Positions 1 through 8,557 of a DNA stretch of 51,877 nt are shown here, piece after piece; the stretch's first letter is position 1; the number at the start of each line of letters is the position of its first letter. Origin of the DNA: Candidatus Taylorbacteria bacterium RIFCSPLOWO2_12_FULL_43_20 (lineage in GTDB: Bacteria > Patescibacteriota > Minisyncoccia > Phycocordibacterales > HO2-43-120); the NCBI GenBank assembly GCA_001821295.1, contig MHSK01000024.1, forward strand, positions 1 to 51,877, given 5' to 3'. The position numbers and the translations under genes were made by a program. The notes under the pieces are model-generated. The model was not told the DNA's origin. It saw only the letters and a program-made list of their open reading frames with translations, and searched no databases.

Positions 1-48
1 TTCTTCTAGCAAGCTATCAATACTATTAAAAGAACCTTTCTTTTTCAT
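1..48 (-). CDS. possible 5' end of a divergent gene running off the window edge (MKKKGSFNSIDSLLEE...)
   Basis: Minus-strand ATG at 48-46 preceded by AGAAAGG; open to position 1. Only 16 codons visible. Confidence 0.3.
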   Translation of the reverse strand, partial: MKKKGSFNSIDSLLEE

Positions 49-88
49 GCCTTTCTACTGTCAACTGTACACTAACCCAGTGCACCAG

Positions 89-116
89 TTGTATTTTTTT
101 ACGGTTGCGTTATACT
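89..116 (+). promoter_or_regulatory. candidate sigma70 promoter for riboswitch-metK leader
   Basis: TTGTAT (89-94)-N16-TATACT (111-116), about 18 nt upstream of the aptamer. Confidence 0.4.
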
Positions 117-133
117 TAATTTACAATTTAATA

Positions 134-236
134 ATTATCAAGAGACAGTGAGAGTTCTGGCTCAATGACCTGTCAGCAACCCTGTTGTATTCAACAGAAG
201 GTGCTCCAACCAGCCCCGATCGGGGAAGGATATAAT
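134..236 (+). ncRNA. SAM-I (S-box) riboswitch aptamer
   Basis: TTATCAAGAG start; P2 ACAG..GAG-TTCTGG-CTC-AATGA-CCTGT; CAGCAACC...AAGGTGCT P3 with stem CTGTTG/CAACAG; pseudoknot CTGG(157-160)/CCAG(210-213); P4 CCCCGATCGGGG; GATA closing P1; lies upstream of metK. Confidence 0.9.
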
Positions 237-244
237 ATATATTA

Positions 245-268
245 TTCTCCCCCAAGGAGGATTTTTTT
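245..268 (+). terminator. intrinsic terminator of the riboswitch expression platform
   Basis: Hairpin TTCTCC/GGAGGA (245-261) followed by T7. 222-236 can alternatively pair with 241-252 as an antiterminator. Confidence 0.7.
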
Positions 269-280
269 GTTATAAAATTT

Positions 281-600
281 TGAATTACGAAACTCTTTTC
301 TCGGCAGGGCTTTTTGAGGAAATTTCTCCTTCGAGTTTCTCAGGATGGTGAAGCAATTGAACTATAATTCCCAATTTCCAATTTCTAACAGAGGAAAAGA
401 AAACACCCCATCGCCTCGGAAACCCTCCCCCTTCGCTCTAAGAAGAGCTTCGGCGGGACACGGTCGGCACTTCCTCTCTAACTCCCCTTCGCTCGAAGCG
501 AGCTTCGGCGGAGCAAGAGAGGGGAAGAGGGGATGGAGGTCGCCCGTCGGCTTCGGCAATGTTCCGCAAAAGCCCTTGCTGCGACGAGTTTCGTGATTCA
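281..600. mobile_element. non-coding element with ~43-bp imperfect terminal inverted repeats, containing nested palindromic repeats
   Basis: 281-324 TGAATTACGAAACTC...GCAGGGCTTTTTGAGGAAATT resembles the reverse complement of 558-600 (TGAATCACGAAACTCGTCGCAGCAAGGGCTTTTGCGGAACATT); the interior is GC-rich relative to the flanks. Confidence 0.6.
403..530. repeat. REP-like element A interrupted by two copies of hairpin element B (426-463, 482-517)
   Basis: Removing the B copies gives ACACCCCATCGCCTC..TCGGCACTTCCTCTCTAA-AGAGGGGAAGAGG, matching the uninterrupted copy at 6554-6605. B = CCCCTTCGCT..AGCT(T/A)CGGCGG, also at 6441-6474. Confidence 0.75.
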
Positions 601-613
601 CGATTATAAAAAT

Positions 614-1615
614 ATGAACTCATTAAAAACAGCGGAGTCGGTTTCATTAGCACACCCGGATAAAGTATGCGATCAAATATCAGACGCGATTTTGGATGCG
701 TGCTTGAAGGATGATCCGAAAACTAGGTCGGCCATAGAAGTGCTGGGCGGGCACGGCATTATTACTGTTACGGGAGAATTGACGACGAAAACTTATGTGA
801 ACATAAGAAAAATCGCGAAAGAAATATATAAAGATTGCGGTTATGAAGAGGAGATTGGAGTAACTGTAAATGTCGTGGAACAAAGTCCGGAAATAAAAAA
901 AGGCGTGGATGTCGATGGAGCCGGAGACCAGGGAATAATGGTTGGTTACGCGACTGTAGACACGCCCGAAATGCTGCCTCTTGAGGTCGTGCTTTCAAGA
1001 AAATTAACTAAAGCAATGGGCAGACATGACGGCAAAGCTCAGGTTACGGTGGAGGATGGCAAGATAAGGAAGATAGTCACTTCTCTTTGCGAGAGCGGTG
1101 ACATGTCAGATGTTAAGTTGGATAAAGCCGTGAAAGAATTTGAAAAATACTTAGCTGACGATGTTAAAAATATAAAGGATATCTGGTTGAGAAACCCCAA
1201 CGGCTCTTGGACGATCGGCGGTTTCCACGCGGATACTGGTCTTACCGGGAGAAAATTGGCGGTGGACAATTATGGTCCTCATATTCCTTTGGGCGGAGGT
1301 TGTTTCTCAGGCAAGGACGCGACCAAGGTTGATAGAAGCGCGGCTTATATGGCCAGAAAAGTGGCTGTCGATTATCTAAAAAAGAAGGGCGCGAAGGAGG
1401 TTTATGTTCACATCGCTTACGCTATCGGTCTGGCAGAGCCGCTTATGGCAACCGTTACATTGGACGGTCATCAGGAAAAAATAAAAGGGTACAATTTGAA
1501 GCCGCGCGCCATTATTGATTTTTTGAAGCTTCGTGTTCCGCAATATAGAGAGACAGCGAAATACGGACATTTTGGTAACGGATTTCGATGGGACAAAACC
1601 ACCTCTAAAAAATAA
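614..1615 (+). CDS. metK: S-adenosylmethionine synthetase (short form, ~333 aa)
   Basis: AESV..HPDKVCDQISDAILD, GAGDQG, DTGLTGRK, GGGCFSGKDATKVDRSAAYMAR. Start set at ATG 614 because the longer ORF begins inside the repeat element. Confidence 0.96.
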   Translation: MNSLKTAESVSLAHPDKVCDQISDAILDACLKDDPKTRSAIEVLGGHGIITVTGELTTKTYVNIRKIAKEIYKDCGYEEEIGVTVNVVEQSPEIKKGVDVDGAGDQGIMVGYATVDTPEMLPLEVVLSRKLTKAMGRHDGKAQVTVEDGKIRKIVTSLCESGDMSDVKLDKAVKEFEKYLADDVKNIKDIWLRNPNGSWTIGGFHADTGLTGRKLAVDNYGPHIPLGGGCFSGKDATKVDRSAAYMARKVAVDYLKKKGAKEVYVHIAYAIGLAEPLMATVTLDGHQEKIKGYNLKPRAIIDFLKLRVPQYRETAKYGHFGNGFRWDKTTSKK

Positions 1616-1660
1616 TATCCAACCCCGTTCCTTATTTTCTTGGAAATTATAAATTTTCTA

Positions 1661-1999
1661 TCACTCTTCCTCCACTTTCGTTTTGCTGACGCGTGTTTTT
1701 CGCCTGTTGTTGGTGATATTGTTCAACGTGAAGATGAACTCGCTCACAAGCCATCCGAACAGAGCATAGATCAGTATGGCGAACAAGGTGGAGAATTCCA
1801 GTACAAGCCCGCGCTCAATCACGGGTGAAGGGAATAAACCTCTGAAGGGTTCTAAAAGCGGGGCGCTGGTGGCGTAAAGCCATGACGCGAAAGGTGCCGC
1901 CGGATTGGCGCCGAGGAGACGCAACAAAAAGCGCAATAGCAAAATCAGTTCTACCAATCCAACTATTATATTAACCAGCTGAAGCAAAATTCTTCTCAT
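1661..1999 (-). CDS. YggT family membrane protein
   Basis: Two hydrophobic helices with LLLRFLLRLLGANP..F..WLY.TS.PLLEPFRGLFP signature. Confidence 0.85.
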   Translation of the reverse strand: MRRILLQLVNIIVGLVELILLLRFLLRLLGANPAAPFASWLYATSAPLLEPFRGLFPSPVIERGLVLEFSTLFAILIYALFGWLVSEFIFTLNNITNNRRKTRVSKTKVEEE

Positions 2000-2085
2000 A
2001 GTACATAGTACGTTGTTTGTTATAACTTTTAACTCCTTATTACCTTATGCCAGACGCATTAAATGATAATTAACTAGGAGTCTTA

Positions 2086-2200
2086 GAGCCCATCCACGAT
2101 CTACGGCAGTCAAGCCCCAGCTCGCTTTGCGAGATCACACCAATGAATATTGGTGTGGGGGTCTTGCTTTATATCTGGCGGTTAGATCGTGGATGGGCTC
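2086..2200. mobile_element. MITE (IS5-like ends) with TTA target-site duplication
   Basis: Perfect TIR GAGCCCATCCACGATCTA / TAGATCGTGGATGGGCTC, TTA at 2083-2085 and 2201-2203; internal palindrome CACACCAATGAATATTGGTGTG. Confidence 0.8.
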
Positions 2201-2276
2201 TTACATTTGCTATGCATATGTTTGTGTAAAGACGGGAATATGTATAAACTGAAGCAAAGGTTAATACACGATCTCA

Positions 2277-3284
2277 ATGAAAATTATTATTGCAACCGGT
2301 ATCTATCCACCCCAAATCGGGGGTCCGGCCCAATACGCAAAAAATCTAAAAGAGGCCTTTAGCGCGGAGGGTGTTAAAGTTGATGTATTAAAATATGGAA
2401 TTGAAAACGCGCTTCCGACGGGAGTAAGGCACGTTGTTTTTTTTGTAAAAGCATTTATCAAGTTGATGAAGGCTGATTTGTATATTGCCCTCGATCAGTT
2501 TAGCGTCGGCTTTCCGTCCGTGTCCGCGGCGAAAATTCTAGGTAAGAAGATTATCATTCGCACCGGCGGTGATTTCCTCTGGGAATCCTACGTCGAAAGA
2601 ACAGGCGATCTTGTACTGTTTAGGAATTTTTATAGTGGTAGTAAAAATAATTTTTCAAGAAAAGAAAAAATTATTTACAGTTGTTCCAGATGGACAATGC
2701 GTAACGCGTCAGCGGTCATATTTAGTACTGAGTGGCAGAGGAATATTTTTATAGAAGCATATGGACTAGACTCAAAAAAGTGTTTTGTTGTCGAGAATTA
2801 CTATGGAGATAAAACAGAGTCAAAGGAACCAATGTCAAAGACTTTCATCGCCGGTACGAGAGCTCTGAAGTGGAAAAATCATGAACGTCTTATTCGCGCT
2901 TTCGGTGAAGCTAGACAATTGTGCCCGGATATCAGTTTAGATATCTCAAACGCGCCTTATGAGAAATTTACGGATAAAATAAAAAGCGCGTACGCCATAA
3001 TCCTCGTGTCGCTTGGAGATATAAGTCCCAATATGATTCTTGACGCGCTCCGAGCCGGTAAGCCTTTTATTCTGACTAAAGAAACCGGCCTTTATGATCG
3101 GCTTAAAGACGTTGCGGTATTTGTCGATCCGGAAGATGAAAAAGATATAGTCGAAAAAATTACATTCCTCAGTGACAAGCTGAATTACAGTAAGTTTAAA
3201 ACAAAAGTAGAGAGATTCACTTTTTTCCATTCTTGGAAAAACATAAGGAATGAATTTATGGATATATATGATGCAATCAAATAA
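2277..3284 (+). CDS. glycosyltransferase family 4-like (GT-B)
   Basis: N-terminal MKIIIATGIYPPQIGGPAQY; C-terminal ISPNMILDALRAGKP, a variant of the EX7E region. Confidence 0.8.
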   Translation: MKIIIATGIYPPQIGGPAQYAKNLKEAFSAEGVKVDVLKYGIENALPTGVRHVVFFVKAFIKLMKADLYIALDQFSVGFPSVSAAKILGKKIIIRTGGDFLWESYVERTGDLVLFRNFYSGSKNNFSRKEKIIYSCSRWTMRNASAVIFSTEWQRNIFIEAYGLDSKKCFVVENYYGDKTESKEPMSKTFIAGTRALKWKNHERLIRAFGEARQLCPDISLDISNAPYEKFTDKIKSAYAIILVSLGDISPNMILDALRAGKPFILTKETGLYDRLKDVAVFVDPEDEKDIVEKITFLSDKLNYSKFKTKVERFTFFHSWKNIRNEFMDIYDAIK

Positions 3285-4461
3285 AAAAACAAAAAACGCA
3301 AGCGATGCTCTTAAAATCATTTCCTTGAGTTTAGATCCTAAAATGGGTGAGGAAGGATCCGCGGTGAGGGAACGAGTCAGAGGATACGCGGAAAATGTGG
3401 ATCGGTTTGATACCATCTATCCGTCGGCTGTTGATATTGACGAAGAAGAGAATACCCGAGCTTCTTTTTTCGGCGTAGCTGGCGGTAATAAATTTACGAA
3501 GGCTTTAAAAATCTACCTAAAAGCGTCCCACCTGATGAAAAAAAAGGAATATACCGTAATTACGGTGCAGGATATACATTTTTTGGCTTTCATTGCTTTT
3601 GTGCTTTCCAGGAGTTTTGGTGTGGGACTGGAAGTCCAGGTTCACGGAATTGAAAAAAAAAATTATTTTAGAAATATTCTTGCGGCGTTTTTATTTAAGC
3701 ATTGCAACATTATCAGGATAGTGAGCAAAAGAACGCGAGATGAGCTCATAGACCGATTCAAGATAGAACAGGAAAAATTTATCGTTGTTCCTATTGATCC
3801 GGCTTTTATCCCCAAGAACTCGTCGCAAAATGGTCCGGAATTCGGATCGGATATTCAGAAAAATATTCCGAGCAAAAAAAATTCCGAAAAAATATGCTTC
3901 CTGACTGCTGGTCGGCTCGTTCCTGTCAAGAATATATCTATGCAGATAAAAGCTTTTGCCAAAGTTTCCTCGGATTACAAGGAGAGCAGTCTTCTGATCG
4001 CAGGTGATGGTAAAGAGATGAAAAAATTACAAAAACTTGCAAAGTCTCTTTCGTTAGAAAAAAGCGTTGTTTTTTTAGGATGGAGAAAAGACATGACGGA
4101 GTTTTACGAAAAAGCGGATATTTTTCTATTTTCATCCAATTCCGAAGGATGGGGGATGGCGGTTGTTGAAGCGTGCCTTTTCGGATTGCCGGTTATTATG
4201 ACACGAGTCGGATGTGCTGATGAATTTATAATACATGAATACAACGGCTTGATTGTTCCCGTCGGTGATCAAGAGAAGATGGAAGAAGCAATGAAACGGC
4301 TTATCGAAAATTTCGCTCTAAGGAATACATTGGCTCGCAACGCCCGCGATTCAAAACAACTCTTAATATCCAAAGAGGAGACCATCCGTTTGTATAAACT
4401 ATCTTGGCTCAAAGCAGCAAACTCATGTAATTTGTCAAAGGAAGGAAATATATTAGAATAA
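3268..4461 (+). CDS. glycosyltransferase family 4
   Basis: GRLVPVKN, AGDG, ADIFLFSSNSEGWGMAVVEA (EX7E). Start uncertain (3250/3268/3271). Confidence 0.9.
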   Translation: MMQSNKKTKNASDALKIISLSLDPKMGEEGSAVRERVRGYAENVDRFDTIYPSAVDIDEEENTRASFFGVAGGNKFTKALKIYLKASHLMKKKEYTVITVQDIHFLAFIAFVLSRSFGVGLEVQVHGIEKKNYFRNILAAFLFKHCNIIRIVSKRTRDELIDRFKIEQEKFIVVPIDPAFIPKNSSQNGPEFGSDIQKNIPSKKNSEKICFLTAGRLVPVKNISMQIKAFAKVSSDYKESSLLIAGDGKEMKKLQKLAKSLSLEKSVVFLGWRKDMTEFYEKADIFLFSSNSEGWGMAVVEACLFGLPVIMTRVGCADEFIIHEYNGLIVPVGDQEKMEEAMKRLIENFALRNTLARNARDSKQLLISKEETIRLYKLSWLKAANSCNLSKEGNILE

Positions 4462-4467
4462 ATAACT

Positions 4468-5331
4468 ATGAAAAAATCCAAGTTGAGAATTGGTTTTATT
4501 GGTCAGGGATGGGTCGGCAAGCATTACGCGGATGATTTTGAAAGAAGGGGTTTTGATGTAGTACGATATTCAAAAGAAGAGCCGTACGCGGGAGCACGGG
4601 ATAAAATTAAAAAATGCGATGTCGTTTTCGTCGCCGTACCAACTCCCACTACGCCGGACGGTTTTGACAGTTCAATTGTGTCAAATGTGCTTAAACATGT
4701 GGGAAATGGAAAGATAGCGGTTATAAAATCAAGTCTAATTCCGGGGACCACAGAAAAGCTTCAGCGCAAATACCCGGGAATCTATATTGTCCACTCACCT
4801 GAATTTCTAAGAGAAAGATCCGCGGCCGAAGACGCCGCCAGTCCACAGAGAAATATTATCGGTATTCCTCGGGTGTCAAAGAAATATTTTGATGTGGCAA
4901 ATAAGGTTATGTCAGTATTGCCCAAAGCGCCGTTTGAAATCGTTTGCGGCTCAAGCGAGGCCGAGCTAATTAAATACGCTGGAAATTGTTTTTTGTATAC
5001 GAAAGTAGTGTACGCGAATATCTTATATAACCTCGTCAACGTTCTAGACCTGTCTTGGGAAAAGGTCCGTGACGCGGTTGCCGCCGATTCGCGGATCGGC
5101 CACAGCCATTTAGAACCCCTTCACGGGACAGGTAGAGGCGCGGGAGGTAATTGTTTTATCAAAGACTTCGCGGCTTTTACCGATTTCTACCACAAAACAG
5201 CGGGTGACAAGACGGGACATGAAGCGTTGCTAAAATTGGAAAAAAAGAACATAGAGTTATTGAATGAGAGCGGTAAGGACAGTCATCTTTTGCAATTGGT
5301 ATATGGTCAAAAAAAATCAAAAAAAAAATAA
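4468..5331 (+). CDS. UDP-glucose/GDP-mannose dehydrogenase family protein, short (no C-terminal domain)
   Basis: GQGWVG Rossmann motif, VAVPTP, IKSS..PGTT, SPEFLRE, AELIKY, GAGGNCFIKD with catalytic Cys. Confidence 0.88.
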   Translation: MKKSKLRIGFIGQGWVGKHYADDFERRGFDVVRYSKEEPYAGARDKIKKCDVVFVAVPTPTTPDGFDSSIVSNVLKHVGNGKIAVIKSSLIPGTTEKLQRKYPGIYIVHSPEFLRERSAAEDAASPQRNIIGIPRVSKKYFDVANKVMSVLPKAPFEIVCGSSEAELIKYAGNCFLYTKVVYANILYNLVNVLDLSWEKVRDAVAADSRIGHSHLEPLHGTGRGAGGNCFIKDFAAFTDFYHKTAGDKTGHEALLKLEKKNIELLNESGKDSHLLQLVYGQKKSKKK

Positions 5332-6361
5332 AACTGGCAAGATGACTATTTTGGTGACGGGCTCGGCTGGTTTTATTGGGAGCTATGTCTTTGATCTGCT
5401 CGTCTCAGAAGGCCACAATGTGTATGGGGTTGATGACTTGTCAGGCGGTTTTATGAGAAATGTGGGGGATAAAAAAAGATTTATCAAGCTTGATTTGCGC
5501 GACAGGAGAGCAACTGCGAGACTGATAAGCAAGCTAAAACCCAAAATTATTTTTCATCTTGCGGCGGATGCCCACGAAGGGCGGAGCCAATTTACTCCGC
5601 TTAGCGCGTCAGATAGAAATTACTCCGCTTACATCAATCTTCTCGTGCCGGCTATAAAAAACAATTTGGAAAAGATGGTGCTTGTGAGCACAATGAGCGT
5701 GTATGGCGCGGGTCAAGTCCCTTTTAAAGAAAGATCAATGCCGATGCCCGAGTCCGTCTATGGCATATCAAAACATGCCATGGAGCGGGTTACCGTGTCT
5801 TTGGCCAAGGTATACGGCTTTAAACACGTTATAATACGGCCGCACAACGTTTATGGCCCTAGGCAAAACCTTACGGATCCTTACAGAAACGTCATAGGCA
5901 TTTTTATCAACCAGCTTCTTAAGGGCAAACCATTTTACATTTATGGAGGAAAACAAAAAAGAGCGTATTCTCACATTGATGATGTTGTTCCGCATTTAGT
6001 TAAGGCGGCATATTTACACTCGTGCGAAGGCGGAGTTTTCAATTTAGGAAGCGACGAAGCTGTTACGTTGGATTTTTTGAGTGAAGAAATAATCAGGCAA
6101 TTTTTTTACGATGAGAAAGTGCCAAGCAATCTTTTGCCCAGACATATCCCGGCAAGACCATTTGAAGTCAAGTATGCTTATTGTGATCATAGGGAAGCAA
6201 AAAAATATATAGGTTTTGAACCCAAGATCTCATTGTCATCTGGCATAAAGGATACAATAGACTGGGCTCGGCGGATCGGCCCGCAGAAGTTCACTTACTT
6301 GGAAGATTTGGAGCTTGACCATCATCTTCTGCCCGAAACGTGGAAGAAGAAATTGTATTGA
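5303..6361 (+). CDS. NAD-dependent epimerase/dehydratase (extended SDR)
   Basis: VTGSAGFIG, HLAA, YGISK (YxxxK), RPHNVYGPRQ. Alternative start at 5342. Confidence 0.9.
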   Translation: MVKKNQKKNKTGKMTILVTGSAGFIGSYVFDLLVSEGHNVYGVDDLSGGFMRNVGDKKRFIKLDLRDRRATARLISKLKPKIIFHLAADAHEGRSQFTPLSASDRNYSAYINLLVPAIKNNLEKMVLVSTMSVYGAGQVPFKERSMPMPESVYGISKHAMERVTVSLAKVYGFKHVIIRPHNVYGPRQNLTDPYRNVIGIFINQLLKGKPFYIYGGKQKRAYSHIDDVVPHLVKAAYLHSCEGGVFNLGSDEAVTLDFLSEEIIRQFFYDEKVPSNLLPRHIPARPFEVKYAYCDHREAKKYIGFEPKISLSSGIKDTIDWARRIGPQKFTYLEDLELDHHLLPETWKKKLY

Positions 6362-6440
6362 TAGCAGTAGATACCGCTTGACGAAAAGCGTGAAAACCGC
6401 TTAACAAATAGCGCACACGAATGGGGACACGATGCCAATA

Positions 6441-6605
6441 TCCCCCTTCGCTAAGAAGCTACGGCGGGACACAGTACGAATGGTACTACCCCGACCGCTT
6501 CGGTCAGAGCCCCGACCGATGCGGTCGGGGATGGATACGAATAAGAGAAGAATACACCCCATCACCTCAAGGACTCGGCACTTCCCCTCTAAAGATGGGA
6601 AGAGG
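6441..6605. repeat. cluster of REP-like palindromes: element B (6441-6474), CCCCGACCG..CGGTCGGGG hairpins (6489-6530), element A (6554-6605)
   Basis: Direct similarity to 403-530 and GC-rich self-complementary units in the intergenic gap. Confidence 0.75.
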
Positions 6606-6696
6606 AGGAACGCCCTGCGGTACCTCGTCAAAATTTACTAAGGTTAATATAATCATAATGATCAGAATGAATAATAATCGGATGAACAGAAGCGCC

Positions 6697-7551
6697 ATGA
6701 ATAAAAAGAAAATAAAAGTTGGATTCATAGGGCAAGGATATATAGGTAAAAATTATGCCGACGATTTTGAGCGTAGAGGTTATAAGGTAACGCGATACGG
6801 TTTAGAGCCTGAATATATCCGAAACAAAAACGAATTGAAAGGATGCGGAGTTATTTTCGTGGCCGTTCCAACACCGACCACGCCGGAGGGTTTTAACGGC
6901 GATATTGTTGAAGAGTCGGTCAAGTTGGCCGGCCCCGGGTCTGTTGTCGTGATCAAATCAACGGTGTTACCGGGAATGACTGAAAGGATAAATAAAAAGA
7001 TGAAGCATATTTTTGTGTTGCACTCGCCCGAATTTCTGTCATCAGCAACGGCGAAAAAAGACGCTGCCAATCCGACAAAAAATATTATAGGCATTCCAAT
7101 CAGATCGGCAAAATATCAAGAAAAAGCAAGGTTGGTACTATCTATGCTTCCGCGAGCAAAGTATTCCTCAGTTGTTTCTTCTAGAGAATCCGAGTTCATT
7201 AAATATGCCACAAATACCTTTTATTATTCTAAAATAGTATATATGAATATACTTTACGAATTGTCCACTCGGCTTGGTTTGGACTGGCACTCAGTCAAGA
7301 GAGCGCTAGCCGCCGAGCCGTGGATCGGCCAGATGCACATAGAAGTGGAGCATAAAAATGGTAGAGGCGCGGGGGGTCATTGTTTTATCAAAGATTTTGC
7401 CGCCTTTTCAGCTTTTCTAAGAAAACATTTCAGAAAAGGAAACAATATTGGGGTCATAGATGCTATTGAACGAAAAAATATAGAACTTTTACTTGAAAGC
7501 GGGAAGGATCTTGATCAGTTATACTCAGTATATGGCAAAAATAAAAAATAA
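6697..7551 (+). CDS. second short UDP-glucose/GDP-mannose dehydrogenase family protein
   Basis: GQGYIG, VAVPTPTTP, IKSTVLPG, SPEFL, GAGGHCFIKD; paralog of 4468-5331. The ORF-track extension from 6421 runs through repeats and was discarded. Confidence 0.88.
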   Translation: MNKKKIKVGFIGQGYIGKNYADDFERRGYKVTRYGLEPEYIRNKNELKGCGVIFVAVPTPTTPEGFNGDIVEESVKLAGPGSVVVIKSTVLPGMTERINKKMKHIFVLHSPEFLSSATAKKDAANPTKNIIGIPIRSAKYQEKARLVLSMLPRAKYSSVVSSRESEFIKYATNTFYYSKIVYMNILYELSTRLGLDWHSVKRALAAEPWIGQMHIEVEHKNGRGAGGHCFIKDFAAFSAFLRKHFRKGNNIGVIDAIERKNIELLLESGKDLDQLYSVYGKNKK

Positions 7552-8557
7552 TCTTCTTCTAATCACTCAAAAGATTCACAGTAAGGATGATGATCTTGCG
7601 TTTGTTATTCTGTGGATTGATGAGTTTGTAAAACAAGGCTTCAACGTAACAGTGATTTGCCTGGAGAAAGGAGATTTTAGCGATTCGTTCCCGGTATACT
7701 CTCTGGGGAAGGAAAGAGGCAATGGAAGAATTCTTAGGGCATTAATCTTTTTGAAGCATATATTCACTCTTAGATATGACAAAGTGTTCATTCATATGAA
7801 TCCAGAATACTTCACTCTGGGAGGCTGGTATTGGAAACTCCGGAATATACCGAGTTATCTTTGGTATACTCACTACAAAAATCATATCCATCTGAAAATC
7901 GCTTTTTTGATGGCCAGACGAATTTTCGCCGCCACTGATCAAAGTCTGCCTCAGTACAAGACCAGCCAAAAAAGAATTATAACAGGGCACGGAATAGATA
8001 TATCGTTCTGGAGAAATGCCGCAACCGAAGTTGGTCCGTCTCGCGACGAGTTCCAGTTATTGGTGGTAAGCAGAGTATGCAGGTCAAAAAGAATAGATAT
8101 TTGCTTAAAAGCGCTTTTGTGTCTTGATACTCGTTATCGGTTAACTGTATACGGCAGACCGGTGGAAAAAGATTATTACGAGGAACTTATTGATTTTGTA
8201 AAGAAAGAAGGACTCCAACACAGGGTTAGATTCGCCGGACCGGTGCCAATGTCCGAGTTGAAAAACATCTATGGAAATTATGGTCTTTTTTTAAACATGG
8301 CTTATGAAACCATAGATAAAACTATGCTTGAGGCGATGATCTTCGGCCTTTATCCCGTCACCACTAAAGCAAATTCTATAGCCATAGGGCTTCCAATATA
8401 TCCGGAAGATGATAAACCGGAAACACTCGCCGAATTTATAAGACAAAAAAAATGGAAGAGTCTCAGCAAAGATTCACTATGTTCAATAGTTGAGGAGAAA
8501 CACAGTCTAAGCGCTTTGATAAGTAAAATGCGAGAATATATCATTACGGGAAAATAA
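7532..8557 (+). CDS. glycosyltransferase family 4-like
   Basis: GHGID, SRVCRSKRID, FAGPVP, ETIDKTMLEAM. Confidence 0.82.
   Translation: MAKIKNNLLLITQKIHSKDDDLAFVILWIDEFVKQGFNVTVICLEKGDFSDSFPVYSLGKERGNGRILRALIFLKHIFTLRYDKVFIHMNPEYFTLGGWYWKLRNIPSYLWYTHYKNHIHLKIAFLMARRIFAATDQSLPQYKTSQKRIITGHGIDISFWRNAATEVGPSRDEFQLLVVSRVCRSKRIDICLKALLCLDTRYRLTVYGRPVEKDYYEELIDFVKKEGLQHRVRFAGPVPMSELKNIYGNYGLFLNMAYETIDKTMLEAMIFGLYPVTTKANSIAIGLPIYPEDDKPETLAEFIRQKKWKSLSKDSLCSIVEEKHSLSALISKMREYIITGK

Noticed and set aside
345-653. small ORFs 345-596, 362-601, 438-653 and the 533 start of metK
   Set aside because: They lie within GC-rich palindromic repeats, show no protein motifs, and metK homology starts at 614.
403-6605. 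CRISPR array, tRNA or attC cassette interpretation of the repeats
   Set aside because: No regularly spaced identical repeats with unique spacers, no cloverleaf or T-loop motif, no consistent RYYYAAC/GTTRRRY cores, and no cas or integrase gene.
6401-6696. N-terminal extension of the dehydrogenase and overlapping small ORFs
   Set aside because: Translation of repeat DNA; the paralog at 4468 begins at the position equivalent to 6697.
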